Under the pieces are notes generated by a model. The model searched no databases. It had not been told where the DNA came from and was given only the letters and a program-made list of their open reading frames with translations. A program made the translations under genes and the position numbers. 64,000 nucleotides of DNA, taken from contig NC_068989.1 in NCBI RefSeq assembly GCF_001194135.2, forward strand, positions 12,381,666 to 12,445,665, in the 5' to 3' direction. The stretch's first letter is position 1. The number at the start of each line of letters is the position of its first letter. Positions 51,004-64,000 of this stretch are shown in pieces. The stretch comes from Octopus bimaculoides (taxonomy: Eukaryota).

Positions 51004-51064
51004 TATATAACAATTAGAAAATGGAGGATAATATGCTGATCCTCCATTTTCTAATTGTTATATA
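51004..51064. repeat. Perfect 26 bp hairpin with a 9 nt loop
   Basis: tatataacaattagaaaatggaggat-aatatgctg-atcctccattttctaattgttatata. Confidence 0.95.
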
Positions 51065-51215
51065 AATTTTGGGTAAAACCTCCACATTTACCCGCTCCCA
51101 CTGATTGCACCTAGTAGAGCACTAGTGTAGCAATAATTGGGTACCCTCCCAGCAGTATACTGGATAGATACTATCCCTCAGTGGGTTGAACCCCCAACCC
51201 CTAACTCTCTCACGT

Positions 51216-51250
<35 letters not shown>

Positions 51251-52408
51251 GTATATAAGAATAGAGAGCGACAGAAAGAGGGTAAGGAAAAAGAAACATT
51301 CGTACATTTTGTTGATTTGCAAGCGGAAAATAGAAGAAGCGAACTTTAGATTGGATAATGACCGGATTACATTCTGTGTGAAGAAGACAGATTCAGTATA
51401 ATCATGACCTGAACCTCTCTAATTATAACGATAATCAAGAAGACCATAACATCAATAAGAACAATAAATGGCAACGCTTCTGAAACAAATACAACAATAA
51501 GTAAAACAACTCTGAAGGCAATTACTGTCAGCCTCCCTTTCATGTGGCCCCGTGAAGTAAACAGTTCAAACAGTGGAATAAGGGCTTTTCTATAGTGCAA
51601 CACATGCAATCAGCTCGTCAGCACATTCTTTATTAGACTATTGGAATGGAAAGCCAACGGCTTGGTATTCAAAGAGATTGTTGAGCTGTGAACAGTTCAA
51701 ACAATATCCAGAATTAGCAGGGAAACAACGCTCTGTGACTGTAGCAATGAGGCGTAACGGCGGCGGGTATCAGGTGGTTGGTTTTAGTAAAAGCATACAG
51801 GCGTTCGTCGTATTCGTTTCTTTTTTAGAAAATTAGCTTCAGAACACGTGATCAATTGAAATAACTGAAAATTATTTTCTTCGATACATTTTTGTTTTAA
51901 TCACTCACCCTCCCNNNNNNNNNNNNNNNNNNNNNNNNNNNNNNNNNNNNNNNNNNNNNNNNNNNNNNNNNNNNNNNNNNNNNNNNNNNNNNNNNNNNNN
52001 NNNNNNNNNNNNNNNNNNNNNNNNNNNNNNNNNNNNNNNCTTGCTACTTCAAAATCCAAAATCGATTATCCTTGTTATATTTAATGATTTTATTATTGTC
52101 ATGCCTTTTGTTCCTGTTGCTATCATTGTTTTTGCGTCTGTTACTCTAGAAATTGCTATTATTGTTTTATTTCAAGTAACACGTTCCAGCTATTAACCGC
52201 GTTCTCTGCAACACACTGTCATCATACACACATATACACAGTTACACACACATACACAGTTACACACACATACACAGTTACACACACATGCTTGCCCACG
52301 CACGTGCTCATACACACATAAGCAGACTCATATTGAACTTCGCACTTGTGATCTCATATAGTCTGCATTTCACCCAAAATATATTTGTGCGTGCATGTGT
52401 GAATATGT

Positions 52409-52442
<34 letters not shown>

Positions 52443-54289
52443 CACAGTTTAATATTTCCTGCCTCTCCCTATATTTACCATCTTTCTCTTCCCTCCCATC
52501 ACTTTCTCATAGTTACAAACTTTACGTGGAATTGTTGTCTCTATTTTTTCCCTTATCGTATTTTTTATAAAAATTCTATCTTTATTTCATGGATTCTGTA
52601 GATATTTGTTTAATAAATACTTTATTTTGTCATATACATATAAACATATATACATACACACGCAGACACATATGTGTTTGTATGTATGCATGTATGTATA
52701 CATGTATGTATGTGCGTGTATACACATATGTGTATGTATGCATAGTATCTTTAATTCTTTCTTCTTCCTCCAATTCCCAATGAAGGAAATTTATATAGAC
52801 ATATGACTAAAAAAAGAATGAGAAAATATAAAAAAAACTGAATTAAGAAGCTAAAAACAGTTACGTAGGATATCGCCTGCTTTTAATCAATTTAATTCCA
52901 GCTGTTTCCATTGAAGACGTGCATGTTAAATACAAAACGTAATCGTTGTAAAACTAGAAGGTGTTAATCGAATGCCAACTTCTATTATTAGAATTGCTGA
53001 CATGCAGACTTGGAGATTGAGTGTTATCGACAACCTGATCTCATTACTGGTTGTCTACTTGATTGGCTGACTGACAGGTTGCATTTGCATTCTGGGAAAT
53101 TTTCTGTTTCTCGGTTATATTTGATTTTATCGTTTCTCTTTTTTTTTTACTGGGATTCAGGCTAATAGTTTATAATTTATTGGAAGGCCGAAGTCTGAGT
53201 AGTTATCTAACTGGAGTTCTATAACTGGATCTATGTATGCCACTGTAAACCGATCTCTAAATGAATAACGTAGCTGGGGGTTGAAGGCCGACTAGAATGC
53301 CTTTAATGCCTTCACATAATATTTCCCTAACTAACTCCTTCTCAAAGCATTAACGGGTTCTGAGTCATGCATAGAGAATTAATCTTCAAAATCGATTGCT
53401 ATATTTTGAGATCAAAGGCGTGAAAATAGGGCACGTTAATTTTTAGGGTTTCTTTCAATAATTTATTGCATACAATATGGTCTATATTAGGTGAAAATAT
53501 TGTGAATGTTATTTGCTTGTTGGATCGGATATGAGGTTCTGTCAGAATTCGTTGATTTTTCTTCTTTCGTTTTTATTGAAAACTAATATATATTTTTTTT
53601 TAATACAGAAACTATATATGTAGAAATATAAATAGATGTTTTACTTTTATATCCCAGACGATTCTTGGATTAAATTATAGGGTTTTTTCTCGACTTACCG
53701 CATTACACTTTTGATATTTTTCTCTAGTTTCATTTCAAATTTTTTTGCCTTTGATGCACCGTAATCTTTTTGTTTGTACTACTCTCAAACAGTTTGCCTC
53801 GCTGATGTTCATGAAACAGCGGTTACCGTATAAGTTCTTTTTGTATGTGTTTGTGAATACAATAAAAACTGTCGTGTAACAGTATTTATAAAGTTAACGA
53901 AAAATAATTTTCTTATTTAGTAATATAATAGTTGTCTTATGGTGAATATTTTAGAGTGGTTGAAATAGAAAATTTTGCGTTGTGGTTTCAATTTCCGGGG
54001 GAATATTTCAGCTATTTACCCTAAATTTTCTCCATGTACTTGCGAATATTTCTCAAAATTAATGTCCTACAGGAGATATATGCTTACAAGGACGTAACTT
54101 GTCTTGATACGCTAATTCAAAAGGTAACATTCTTTAGAAATCCTACTGTCTGTTTAAATTCATGTGAAGCTTTCAACATTCTTATATTAACGTTGTAGAG
54201 AACTAAGTAACCAAAGGTGACACGAATTTCTGGCTGCTAGTGTATCCTTACTGGTATTATTCTTTATGCCCATGGTTAAAGGAGAATTC

Positions 54290-54330
54290 CGTCGGTTACG
54301 ACGACGAGGGTCCCAGCTGATACGATCAAT
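54290..54330 (-). mobile_element. SINE family C extreme 3' fragment
   Basis: ccgtcggttacgacgacgagggtcccagctgatacgatcaa. Confidence 0.7.
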
Positions 54331-54440
54331 AGTCAGACAAAATTACCATTAAATAAAAGATAGACAGAACTCAACTTCTACAATATTCTGCTATTAGATG
54401 TTTATCTTTGGGTTTGAAATATAAAATGTATAAAACAGGG

Positions 54441-54482
<42 letters not shown>

Positions 54483-55598
54483 GTGATGCTGTTCTATCAG
54501 GTCTAAATTCACTAGAAATTTCTACCAGTTTAATTTTTACGAGAGACACATACATGCAAGGAATTATATAACTGTTCTGTGATATCCGTGAACAATCACA
54601 ACGAATACGACTTCATGTAAAACAAAACTAGTTGTTCATTATATTTATACTTTCTGTATCTCTTCATCTCTTATCTTCTCGAAATTGTAATTATATTATG
54701 AGAAACATTTATTGTTTCCAACTCGAGTTTCTAACATCAGAAACAACTTGAAATGTCGTTCTGATTAATGTGGAAACAGTCATAGTTATTTGATCTAATT
54801 ATATTTTGATATCATAAAGAATATAGATAATCTGTGTAATCTACGTACTTTACACTGTTTCTTGTGTCGGTAAATTGCAACACGTCTTTGATCAGTGAAT
54901 AGAAGCGTGGCAAAAAGAGCGAGCAATCACTGCAAAGTTTTCATTCCACACACAAAGACAAACATAATCTTTATTAAGAACAAATTATAACACTATTAAC
55001 GTGGAAAGTATAATCGATGCCAATTAACTACAGGGTCTAGTTTCCACTTTGAAGTGTATAGCAGCAGAATAAATATTCCGAGACACTTAAAACTGCATTA
55101 GAATGTATGCCACTTTGACAAATTTGAGAGGAAGAGCCATTGCTCAACTAGAACGGAAACTCTCAGGTGAACCAATACAACGAATATTTATAAAAGGATC
55201 ACTAACTTTCCGAATGGTTGGAAGAAGAATCCATTATATAATCGCTGTTAAAGTTAACCATAAAATCTCCCTTAATCGGCAGTGATCGGAGATATGTCCG
55301 ATCACAAATAAATAAATGAATAAAACGCAGGGAGTAAATACCAACAATTTCGTACTTGAACATAAAATCAAAACAGGATAAGTGTGTCACGTCTGTCCTA
55401 AAACAGTGCTCTTCATGTGTTTGAGGAAGGGATGTTTTCTAAGATTTAGTGTATCTAAGGTGAATACAGACAATCCGGGATATGTCCAGTCAATTGGGCG
55501 ACAATCAACGACCCATGGACCTGCTCAAAATTCAGATGAGCTACAAATCAGCAGCAAAAACACTACTACCGCTGCTGCTGCTGCTGCTGGTGCTACTG

Positions 55599-55649
<51 letters not shown>

Positions 55650-56969
55650 TTTTTGCTTGTAATAGCCGATTCTTTCCGTCAAACTATCGTATCTTCAGCT
55701 ACTTCAGATGCCAAGATCTCAAAGATTATCACAGTGTAGTACATCGGTTTTGCTATGGAATGGTGAAACTACTTTTTCATTTTCAGAAAAAAAAACAACG
55801 GTTCGGACTTACAAAACTTTTGCATAATAGCAACAATATATATAAAAATATGTGGGGGGGGGGGTGAGTGTGCGAGTGTGTGTGTGTATGTGTGTGTGTG
55901 TATAAATCATAGAGATTTTGCAACATTTCTTTTGTATTTGTGAATAGTATAAAACTATATCATGTTCAAAAATTTACTTTCCGTGTTCTTTCGCAGAAAC
56001 GAAATCAAGTAACGTTATCAATGAAATGTAATGTTATATTTTGGAAAAGAAGAGTAAAAAAAAAAATTAAAAAATGGACAAAAATTTAAAATGCACTAAA
56101 ACATTGTAATTCTCTTGGATAAAAATGCCTATACATAATTTATCAGTGTGTTGTGAGGGAGTACCACACGAGACGCATTATATTTGATCAGATTAACCGG
56201 GTTAAAGGCAAATAGTTTTGAAATAAATCGACCAGATGGAGAGAGGCCAATAAATATCTATCGATATGTCTCATTCGGTTAGAATATTGTAATAAAAAAT
56301 ATATAATAATTATGGAATTTTTCCAGAAAAATTTGCATATATTTATGTATCACGATTTTCCTGAATAAAAGCCTATTTGGCGAAGATGACTATAGATAGT
56401 GTATCTGGAAAGATATGGCTAAATACCATTCATGATCATGTCTTTAGAAAACATTTGTTAAGTAACTTTGCTTTGAAGTTCCTCTGTTATAATGATATTT
56501 TAGGAAGGAAGTATCAATGCATGTCTTATAAAGAATATTTTATGATTTACTTCCTGCTGACATTTTCCAACAGAAACTTTCATATCCAAAATATAAAGTA
56601 GTTATGAATGCATTGTGATGATTATTATTACATTTTTTTAAAATGTTCCCACTAATTGAACATGGTAAATTGATTTTAAATGGCGTGGAAGATATTAATT
56701 ATAGCTTGTATAGAATTCTTAGAAAATTATGTAAAAGGTTATATTATCATTTTAGATTTTCTTTTTCCTTTGAAACATTCAGAAACTATTTTCATTGGTT
56801 GTTGGAACAGACTTTCTTCGCTACTAAGTCTCAGAGTCTACCGCAACGAAATATGACTTCTATAAATCTATATACTAATATTAACATAAAATATTAATGA
56901 TAATAATAACAACAACACTATCAATAATAAAACGTATTCAATTTCTCTTTCCTTATCTCCTCCTGCTTC

Positions 56970-57057
<88 letters not shown>

Positions 57058-57379
57058 CATGATGATAATTATTATTATTATACAATAACGTAAAATAGTT
57101 ACAGTATAATATAGTAGCATGAATGCGTGTTGTTCATATCGACCTGAAGCTTTTATCGGTGTATTACTTCTTAATTGCACACTTCCATTAGGGCATTCCT
57201 CGCACAAACACACGTCGACCCGCATACACACACATATAACAAATCAACACATACACACGCACACACGAGCGCACACTCACACGCACACTCATACGCAACC
57301 TCCAACATACATATAATATAATATACACTTAGTCATAAACTATATACGGAGTATATTCTTCCTATGTTCTTTAAATAAT

Positions 57380-57541
57380 AGGCGCAGGTGTGGTTGTGTG
57401 GTAAGAAGCTTGCTTCCCAACCACATGGTTCCCGGATCAGTCCCACTGCGTGGCACCTTGGGCAGGTAACTTCTACTATAGCCTCGGGCGGACCCAGGCC
57501 TTGTTAGTGGATTTGCTGCACGGAAACTAAAAGCAGTCTGT

Positions 57542-57545
<4 letters not shown>
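57380..57545 (+). mobile_element. SINE family B head
   Basis: aggcgcaggtgtggttgtgtggtaagaagcttgc...cagtcccactgcgtggcaccttgggcagg. Confidence 0.9.
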
Positions 57546-57584
<39 letters not shown>

Positions 57585-57588
<4 letters not shown>

Positions 57589-57735
57589 AGAATTCACAAA
57601 AAACAACAGACGAAGACAGGTGGTGTAGAAAACAAATTGATGTATTAGTATAACGCTCGGGAATTGAAAAAGTTTTTAACGTTTCGAGCCTACGCTCTTC
57701 CACAGAAAGGAACAGAGAAACAAGGAGAGAAACAA
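57585..57735 (-). mobile_element. Penelope-like terminal fragment with a hammerhead-like fold
   Basis: 57709-57674: CUUU-CUGUGGA-A-GAGC-GUAG-GCUC-GAAAC-GUU-AAAA; adjoins (TA)n. Confidence 0.5.
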
Positions 57736-58299
57736 GGAATATCTATATAATTGAAAAGACACAACTAGATCTCAATGCAGGCAAACGGTTGCATAATCAA
57801 GTACCTGCACAACTGGAGAACTACGTTGCGTAGAAATTATTGTAGTGATTGAAAATGGTTGACTATAAATAATTTCAAATATTCATCCACACGTAAGAGA
57901 AGCCCAAATGTAAACCTGTAACTACGTATGATACTACTACTGGATAGCAAAGGGGGAAATATGAAGGTAGACGAGCTTTATCATGTACTCTGGAGTCTCT
58001 TGATCTTACTCGCATCTAATCCTCTGTAGAATGCCAGAATGCCATGGTAGAACGCATACCGACTTCTGCCAAACAGACAGAAGCTTGTGAGCATCTGACG
58101 ACAATAAAGGTGCCAGGGGCTCTGTTTAATATCAACCTCCACCTCCAGTCGACTGCTCTCCCCAAATAGTATGCATCTGCTTAAAATTGGGCGGCATTCA
58201 CTCCTCCCTACGCATTGAAGCCCGAAATGTTACTGTGTTGCCGCGTGGCACGTCTTTCATGCGGGCCAGACATTATTATTAAGTACATAATAAACCTAA

Positions 58300-58540
58300 T
58301 ATTGAGAAATATCAGGACCTAATCCAGAGAGCTGATTATAATGTGGAAAATCAAGAAAACAATCATACTGTTGTAAGTGCTGTATTTGGCACAACGCTCA
58401 AAATGCTATCTAAGAGACTGAAAGAAATCTGAATTAAAAAACGCATACAATTACCATTCTATGCTGTGCTAGATACCTTAGAAAGAGTCTTGAAATTTGA
58501 AGAGACTTGTGGTCACCTTACCTCAAGATAAAATACCTTC
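58300..58540 (+). mobile_element. R4/Dong-type LINE extreme 3' end (RLE C-terminus), decayed
   Basis: IEKYQDL..RELIIMWKIKK..VVSAVFGTTLKMLSKRLKEI resembles EKYQDL..E...LW....VV.GALGT. Confidence 0.7.
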
Positions 58541-59050
58541 TAACTACATTAGCACGTACTAGCGTACTCCTCCGCCTCCTCTTCCTCCACCTCCTCTTCC
58601 TCCACCTCCTCTTCCTCCNNNNNNNNNNNNNNNNNNNNNNNNNNNNNNNNNNNNNNNNNNNNNNNNNNNNNNNNNNNNNNNNNNNNNNNNNNNNNNNNNN
58701 NNNNNNNNNNNNNNNNNNNNNNNNNNNNNNNNNNNNNNNNNNNNNNNNNNNNNNNNNNNNNNNNNNNNNNNNNNNNNNNNNNNNNNNNNNNNNNNNNNNN
58801 NNNNNNNNNNNNNNNNNNNNNNNNNNNNNNNNNNNNNNNNNNNNNNNNNNNNNNNNNNNNNNNNNNNNNNNNNNNNNNNNNNNNNNNNNNNNNNNNNNNN
58901 NNNNNNNNNNNNNNNNNNNNNNNNNNNNNNNNNNNNNNNNNNNNNNNNNNNNNNNNNNNNNNNNNNNNNNNNNNNNNNNNNNNNNNNNNNNNNNNNNNNN
59001 NNNNNNNNNNNNNNNNNNNNNNNNNNNNNNNNNNNNNNNNNNNNNNNNNN

Positions 59051-59083
<33 letters not shown>

Positions 59084-59089
59084 AATATA

Positions 59090-59245
59090 TGACGGGCTTC
59101 TTTCAGTTTCCCTCTGCCAAATCTACTCACAAGGTTTTGGTCGGCTCGACGCTATAGTAGAAGACATCTGCCCAAGGCACCACGCAGTGGGACTGAACCC
59201 GAATCATGTGGTTAGTAAGCAAGCTACTTACCACACAGCCGCTGC
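59090..59245 (-). mobile_element. SINE family B head
   Basis: gacgggcttctttcagtttcc...gcagtgggactgaacccgaatcatgtggttagtaagcaagctacttaccacacagcc. Confidence 0.9.
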
Positions 59246-60598
59246 TGAGCCTGTTAATAATAATAGTAATAATAGTAATAATAATAATAGTAATAGTAGT
59301 AATAATAATAATAATAACAACAACATCAAGAACAAATATTATTCTTGAGATTATAATGAATTGCCCGCTCAAAATCAAACACAAAATTTCATAGAAATTG
59401 TTATAACTAATTTGCTAAGAAATCAACTGTGACAAACCGGTGTAGGACTAGATTTATAAAGACAGAAGACACGATGATAAAGTGAATGGCCAATATAAGC
59501 AAATTGATTATTTTCATCCATTCGATACGCATGTGGGATAAAGCTGAACTTTCTTGGGACAGCATATCAATATTGGATGTTGATACAACAAACAATTTGA
59601 TCGCTAAGTAATCTGTCAATTCTGATTTTCTCATCATTTGCGCCAATACGTATTATATATGTGATAGCTACTTGCCTTCTATTAAAGAGTTAATTTGCTG
59701 TAGTCGTTGTGTAATGAAATTGTCGATTCTAAAATGGAAGGTGGATGGGTAGCGTACGAGGGTGGCTTTGAAAATTACTTCTATTGGAATGCTATTGATC
59801 TGTGTCATTTAGTTATTTTAGTTTTAAATTATTTATCGTTACACTGGTAGTATACGTGTATATAGATACATACGCATATACATGTATACGAACATACATA
59901 CGCACATATATTTCATTAGTTGATATAATTAGATTTCGTTTTGACTGTATTGTTTACTTTGTATTTTTTTCTTTATTTGAAATTCAATCTTGCTTTTATC
60001 TATTTCTGTGATATTTTGTATTATACGTCGTTTAAATCTATTAATTTTTCTAAGAAGAAACGAATTGAATGTAATATTTCTGAGCTAATCTATCAGAACA
60101 GTTATTTCCGTTAGAACTGCGCAATTTTAAAGATTTATTTCATTTCTCTCTCTACTTTTAAATTTTCATATAAATGAAACAATCGGAGAAAATGTGATAT
60201 CCTACAAATATTTCTCATTTCTTTTTGAATATTTCCTCACTGTTACCCATCCTCTCTCCATTGCTCTAATTTTCTCTTTCTTTTTGTATGTCATTCTTTT
60301 GTATGTCTCACTTACTGCATATATANNNNNNNNNNNNNNNNNNNNNNNNNNNNNNNNNNNNNNNNNNNNNNNNNNNNNNNNNNNNNNNNNNNNNNNNNNN
60401 NNNNNNNNNNNNNNNNNNNNNNNNNNNNNNNNNNNNNNNNNNNNNNNNNNNNNNNNNNNNNNNNNNNNNNNNNNNNNNNNNNNNNNNNNNNNNNNNNNNN
60501 NNNNNNNNNNNNNNNNNNNNNNNNNNNNNNNNNNNNNNNNNNNNNNNNNNNNNNNNNNNNNNNNNNNNNNNNNNNNNNNNNNNNNNNNNNNNNNNNNN

Positions 60599-60653
<55 letters not shown>

Positions 60654-61901
60654 ATGCGTGCGTGCGCCAGCTCGTGTGTTTGTTCAAGGGTTAAAGATTA
60701 AAGTCCATGATATAATCTAGTATTCGTGTCACAATCTTATGCCTTTCAAACATTTTGACGAAGATGTTAGCCCTCAGCCTCAAATTCTAATAATTTCAGG
60801 ATAACCCCAATTCTTTTAGAAATACTACTGCCTTAGTACTCGACCAGTCCCTGTAGTATAGGCACGTAGACATTCACCAAAATCAAGTATAGAACGAATA
60901 GATCACTTTATTTTTACGCCGGTCTCCTACAGTGAGTAATTTCACAATATTTGTGCGTAAACAATTCTAAGCATCACAACTTTCTGAACTGAAGTGGAGC
61001 ACTTGAGTATGAACTCAGTTGGTTTTCTGAAACCAATCTTAAAGAAGTACTTTCCTACATCATTCAAAACGGTGGGTCCACAAGAATTTGAATTTTTGTC
61101 TATTAGATTTCTACGTTGTTACTTAGTTGTTTAATCTTATTTTTGCCTAATATAGCATTGTGCTTTTTTTCCAGTTATTGATGCTTTCATTTTCAATAGT
61201 CTATCTTTGTATATTAGGGTTTAAATTCCCATACAAGCATTCCGAAATTTAATTCAACCTATTTAAAACTTGAATGAAAGAAACTAACAACGGCGACGAA
61301 CGCATGGATAGGATGCTCTCATTTGCTACAACTGAAGGAGAAATCACTGTAAGAAATATCAGTGGATTTCTAAATACACAGGGAAATATATCTCTTCGGC
61401 CCATAGCATTTCAAATAAATGGAAGGTAAACACATTGTGTTTGAAATTGTGTAGTTAAAAATATCCAATTACACATTCGGAAGAGAGAATTCAAAGAATT
61501 AGAAGATGTTTCAGAAGTAACTATGAAACATGCAGCATCTCTTCAGGTACAGTTAATCTAATTACCGACATTACAATGGAAAATCAATGTAAATAATCGA
61601 AGAATAATGTAACCTATATAACGACCTTGGCTTTTAAAACAATACCTCGATCAGTCTAAAATGGATGTAATATCTTTAAAATTTACATAATGCTCCCATA
61701 TAACCATAAGTATATGAGAGTATATGGATATGGCATAACCTATTTGATCGTAGCGTAGCAGGAGAAATTGCTAAATAATGCTATGAGAGTTCTAAAAATA
61801 AAAAAAATACTCAAACAGTTACAGAGCTAATTGGGTGGATGTTGAGAGTATGCGGAACAAGAGAAGGGAAAAGCATTGCTTAACAACTCAAACCAGTTAT
61901 A

Positions 61902-61957
<56 letters not shown>

Positions 61958-63309
61958 AAGAAAGAGAGAGAGGGAGAGAGAGAAAACATGTGTGTCTGTG
62001 TGAAGCAAGATGACTGTTATTGATAGATATTTCGCTGTCCCTGCCGCTTATCAGTGCCGTATACTCACCTAAATTAGAAGTATATCGTGTTTCATTTTTA
62101 ACACTATACGTAAATACATGTTAATACTGTGTAGAAAATCAGTTTTGAGTATATCTCACAATGTTGCTTACCTCAAAGCTACAAAATGGTCGATTCAAAG
62201 GAAAGTGCTATGAATCATCGAAATTGCCAATGCATCCTACCAGTGGTCACACCACAACCATCTATAACAATGTCCATATAGTAATACACAGGAGCAGCTT
62301 ATATGTATGTATATGTGTATGTGTGTAAATGTGTTCGGGTGTGTATCTATCTATATGATAAAATTATTCATTCTTTTATTTAGATTAAGCAAGAACTGAC
62401 AAAATACTACACAAATATTGCAGGTACGAAAATAGTTATAATCTAAAAAGACGCTCAAGTATGGACGGGGCAAAGGTCGATAGTGACAGAGTGAAAATGT
62501 AGATTCGAACCTTATACTGAAAATTATATGGGCGTTCCTCTGAATGTAAATCAATATTTATGCATTACCCTTCCTGTATGTTCAAGACTTGTGCGTATAT
62601 GTGTCTATGTCGGAGTTTCTGTGTGAACGTTTCTGCGACGGTTTTTGTATACATTTATTCATGTATGAGTTTATTCTTGCATATAACTCGCGTGTTCAGT
62701 TTGCAGATTGATTTACCCTATTTAACACTCATGAACGCCGTTACACTGACTCACACCAAGAATCACGCTGTGAGCCTACAAGACGGATGATAATATGTGT
62801 TGGAATGTAAATGTACAGGTATGCCGCAGGCTTACCGTAATCAGGCAAACCAACAGAAATTATAGCTTGTGTCTATTTCATTCAATGTTGTATGTAAGTT
62901 ACCAGCAACGTGTATTTATCTTTAATAAATGTTGATATGCATTGATAAAGGTACAATTTCAATCACTTGTACTGACCGTTCATTCATTGATTAATCGATA
63001 CTTAATTTTCACCAATATTTTTCTTCATGCTCAGACAACCAGAAAAAGTAATGCATGCGTAAATACATACATACATTCATACATACATACGTCCATATAA
63101 TATATATATACATATATATGCATGCACATGTGTATGTATATAAATAAAAATATGAATATAAATATGTATACATATACATATACCTGTGTGTATGTGTTCG
63201 TGTGTGTATGTACACGCAAATATGTGATAAATGTATTCATTATTTCAATATTTATCAAGAAAATATTCACAAGTCACTCCACATAAATATTTCCTTTTCG
63301 TGTGTATAC

Positions 63310-63534
63310 TATTTACTCTTTACTCTTTTACTTGTTTCAGTCTTTTGACTGTGGCCATGCTGGAGCACCGCCTTTCAGTCGAGCAAATCGACCCCAGGAC
63401 TTATTCTTTAGAAGCCTAGTACTTATTCTATCGATCTCTTTTGCCGAACCGCTAAGTTACGGGGACATAAACACACAAGCATCGGTTGTCAAGCGATGTT
63501 GGGGGGGGGGGCAAACACACACATACAAACATAT

Positions 63535-63565
<31 letters not shown>

Positions 63566-63680
63566 CATATATACGACGGGCTTCTTTCAGTTTCCGTCTA
63601 CCAAATCCACTCACAAGGCTTTGGTCGGCCCGAGTCTATAGTAGAAGACACTTGCCCAAGATGCCGCGCAGTGGGACTGA
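63310..63680 (-). mobile_element. SINE family B (head truncated)
   Basis: Same body as 36430-36985, including the central microsatellite. Confidence 0.92.
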
Positions 63681-63900
63681 AAATGTTTATAATAAATTAT
63701 TTTCTGTTTTACATTTATTGCATCTAGTCTTCCCCTTCATTTCATTATTCTTTTTGTACACCCCCCACACCTCCACACAAATGCATAATAACACTTAACT
63801 CCTTGCATCCAATTAAAATGTGCAGAGGCGGGCTCTTATTCTTTCTTCTGCCGCTGTATCACAGAAACGTATGCACTTGTAGAAGTAAGCTTCCATATAC

Positions 63901-64000
63901 ATAGGCGCAAGAGTGGCTGTGTGGTAAGTAGCCTGCTTACCAACCACATGGTTCCGGGTTCAGACCCACTGCATGGCACCTTGGGCAAGTGTCTTCTACT
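63901..64000 (+). mobile_element. SINE family B head running off the window end
   Basis: aggcgcaagagtggctgtgtggtaagtagcctgcttaccaaccacatggttccgggttcagacccactgc. Confidence 0.92.

Noticed and set aside
53050-53100. CCAAT (reverse) and octamer ATTTGCAT in proximity
   Set aside because: Such short motifs are expected by chance in 64 kb and there is no adjacent gene start
55382-55867. 161 aa plus-strand ORF with poly-A/T tracts
   Set aside because: Length is inflated by (GCT)/(ACT) repeats; GTG start; no motif

Overview
Eukaryotic, AT-rich, microsatellite-saturated and repeat-dense DNA with many N-gaps, mostly flanked by simple repeats such as (TA)n. This looks like a short-read scaffold. The SINE, LINE and mariner families resemble those I recall from Octopus (coleoid cephalopod) genomes; this is recognition from memory, not a database result. 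No prokaryotic features are present: no operon, CRISPR array or rRNA. No host gene can be named. Nearly all long ORFs in the supplied track are artefacts of N-runs or di/trinucleotide repeats. The window holds about 30 tRNA-derived SINE copies in four families (working names A-D), with visible head/tail module swapping. It also holds decayed LINE fragments (RTE, R4/Dong, CR1-like), decayed Tc1, mariner and DD37D(maT)-type transposons, a Tigger-like MITE remnant, several inverted-repeat structures, and a few weak splice-bounded exon candidates. The most interesting signal is a set of hammerhead-ribozyme motifs of the minimal type I (Penelope-associated) kind. One of them (43714-43759, minus strand) keeps a complete catalytic core and all three stems. 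It sits inside a ~280 bp element built as tRNA-like Pol III head + (AAT)n + hammerhead + tandem-repeat tail, i.e. a candidate ribozyme-bearing SINE or retrozyme. Element boundaries are approximate unless exact motifs are quoted.
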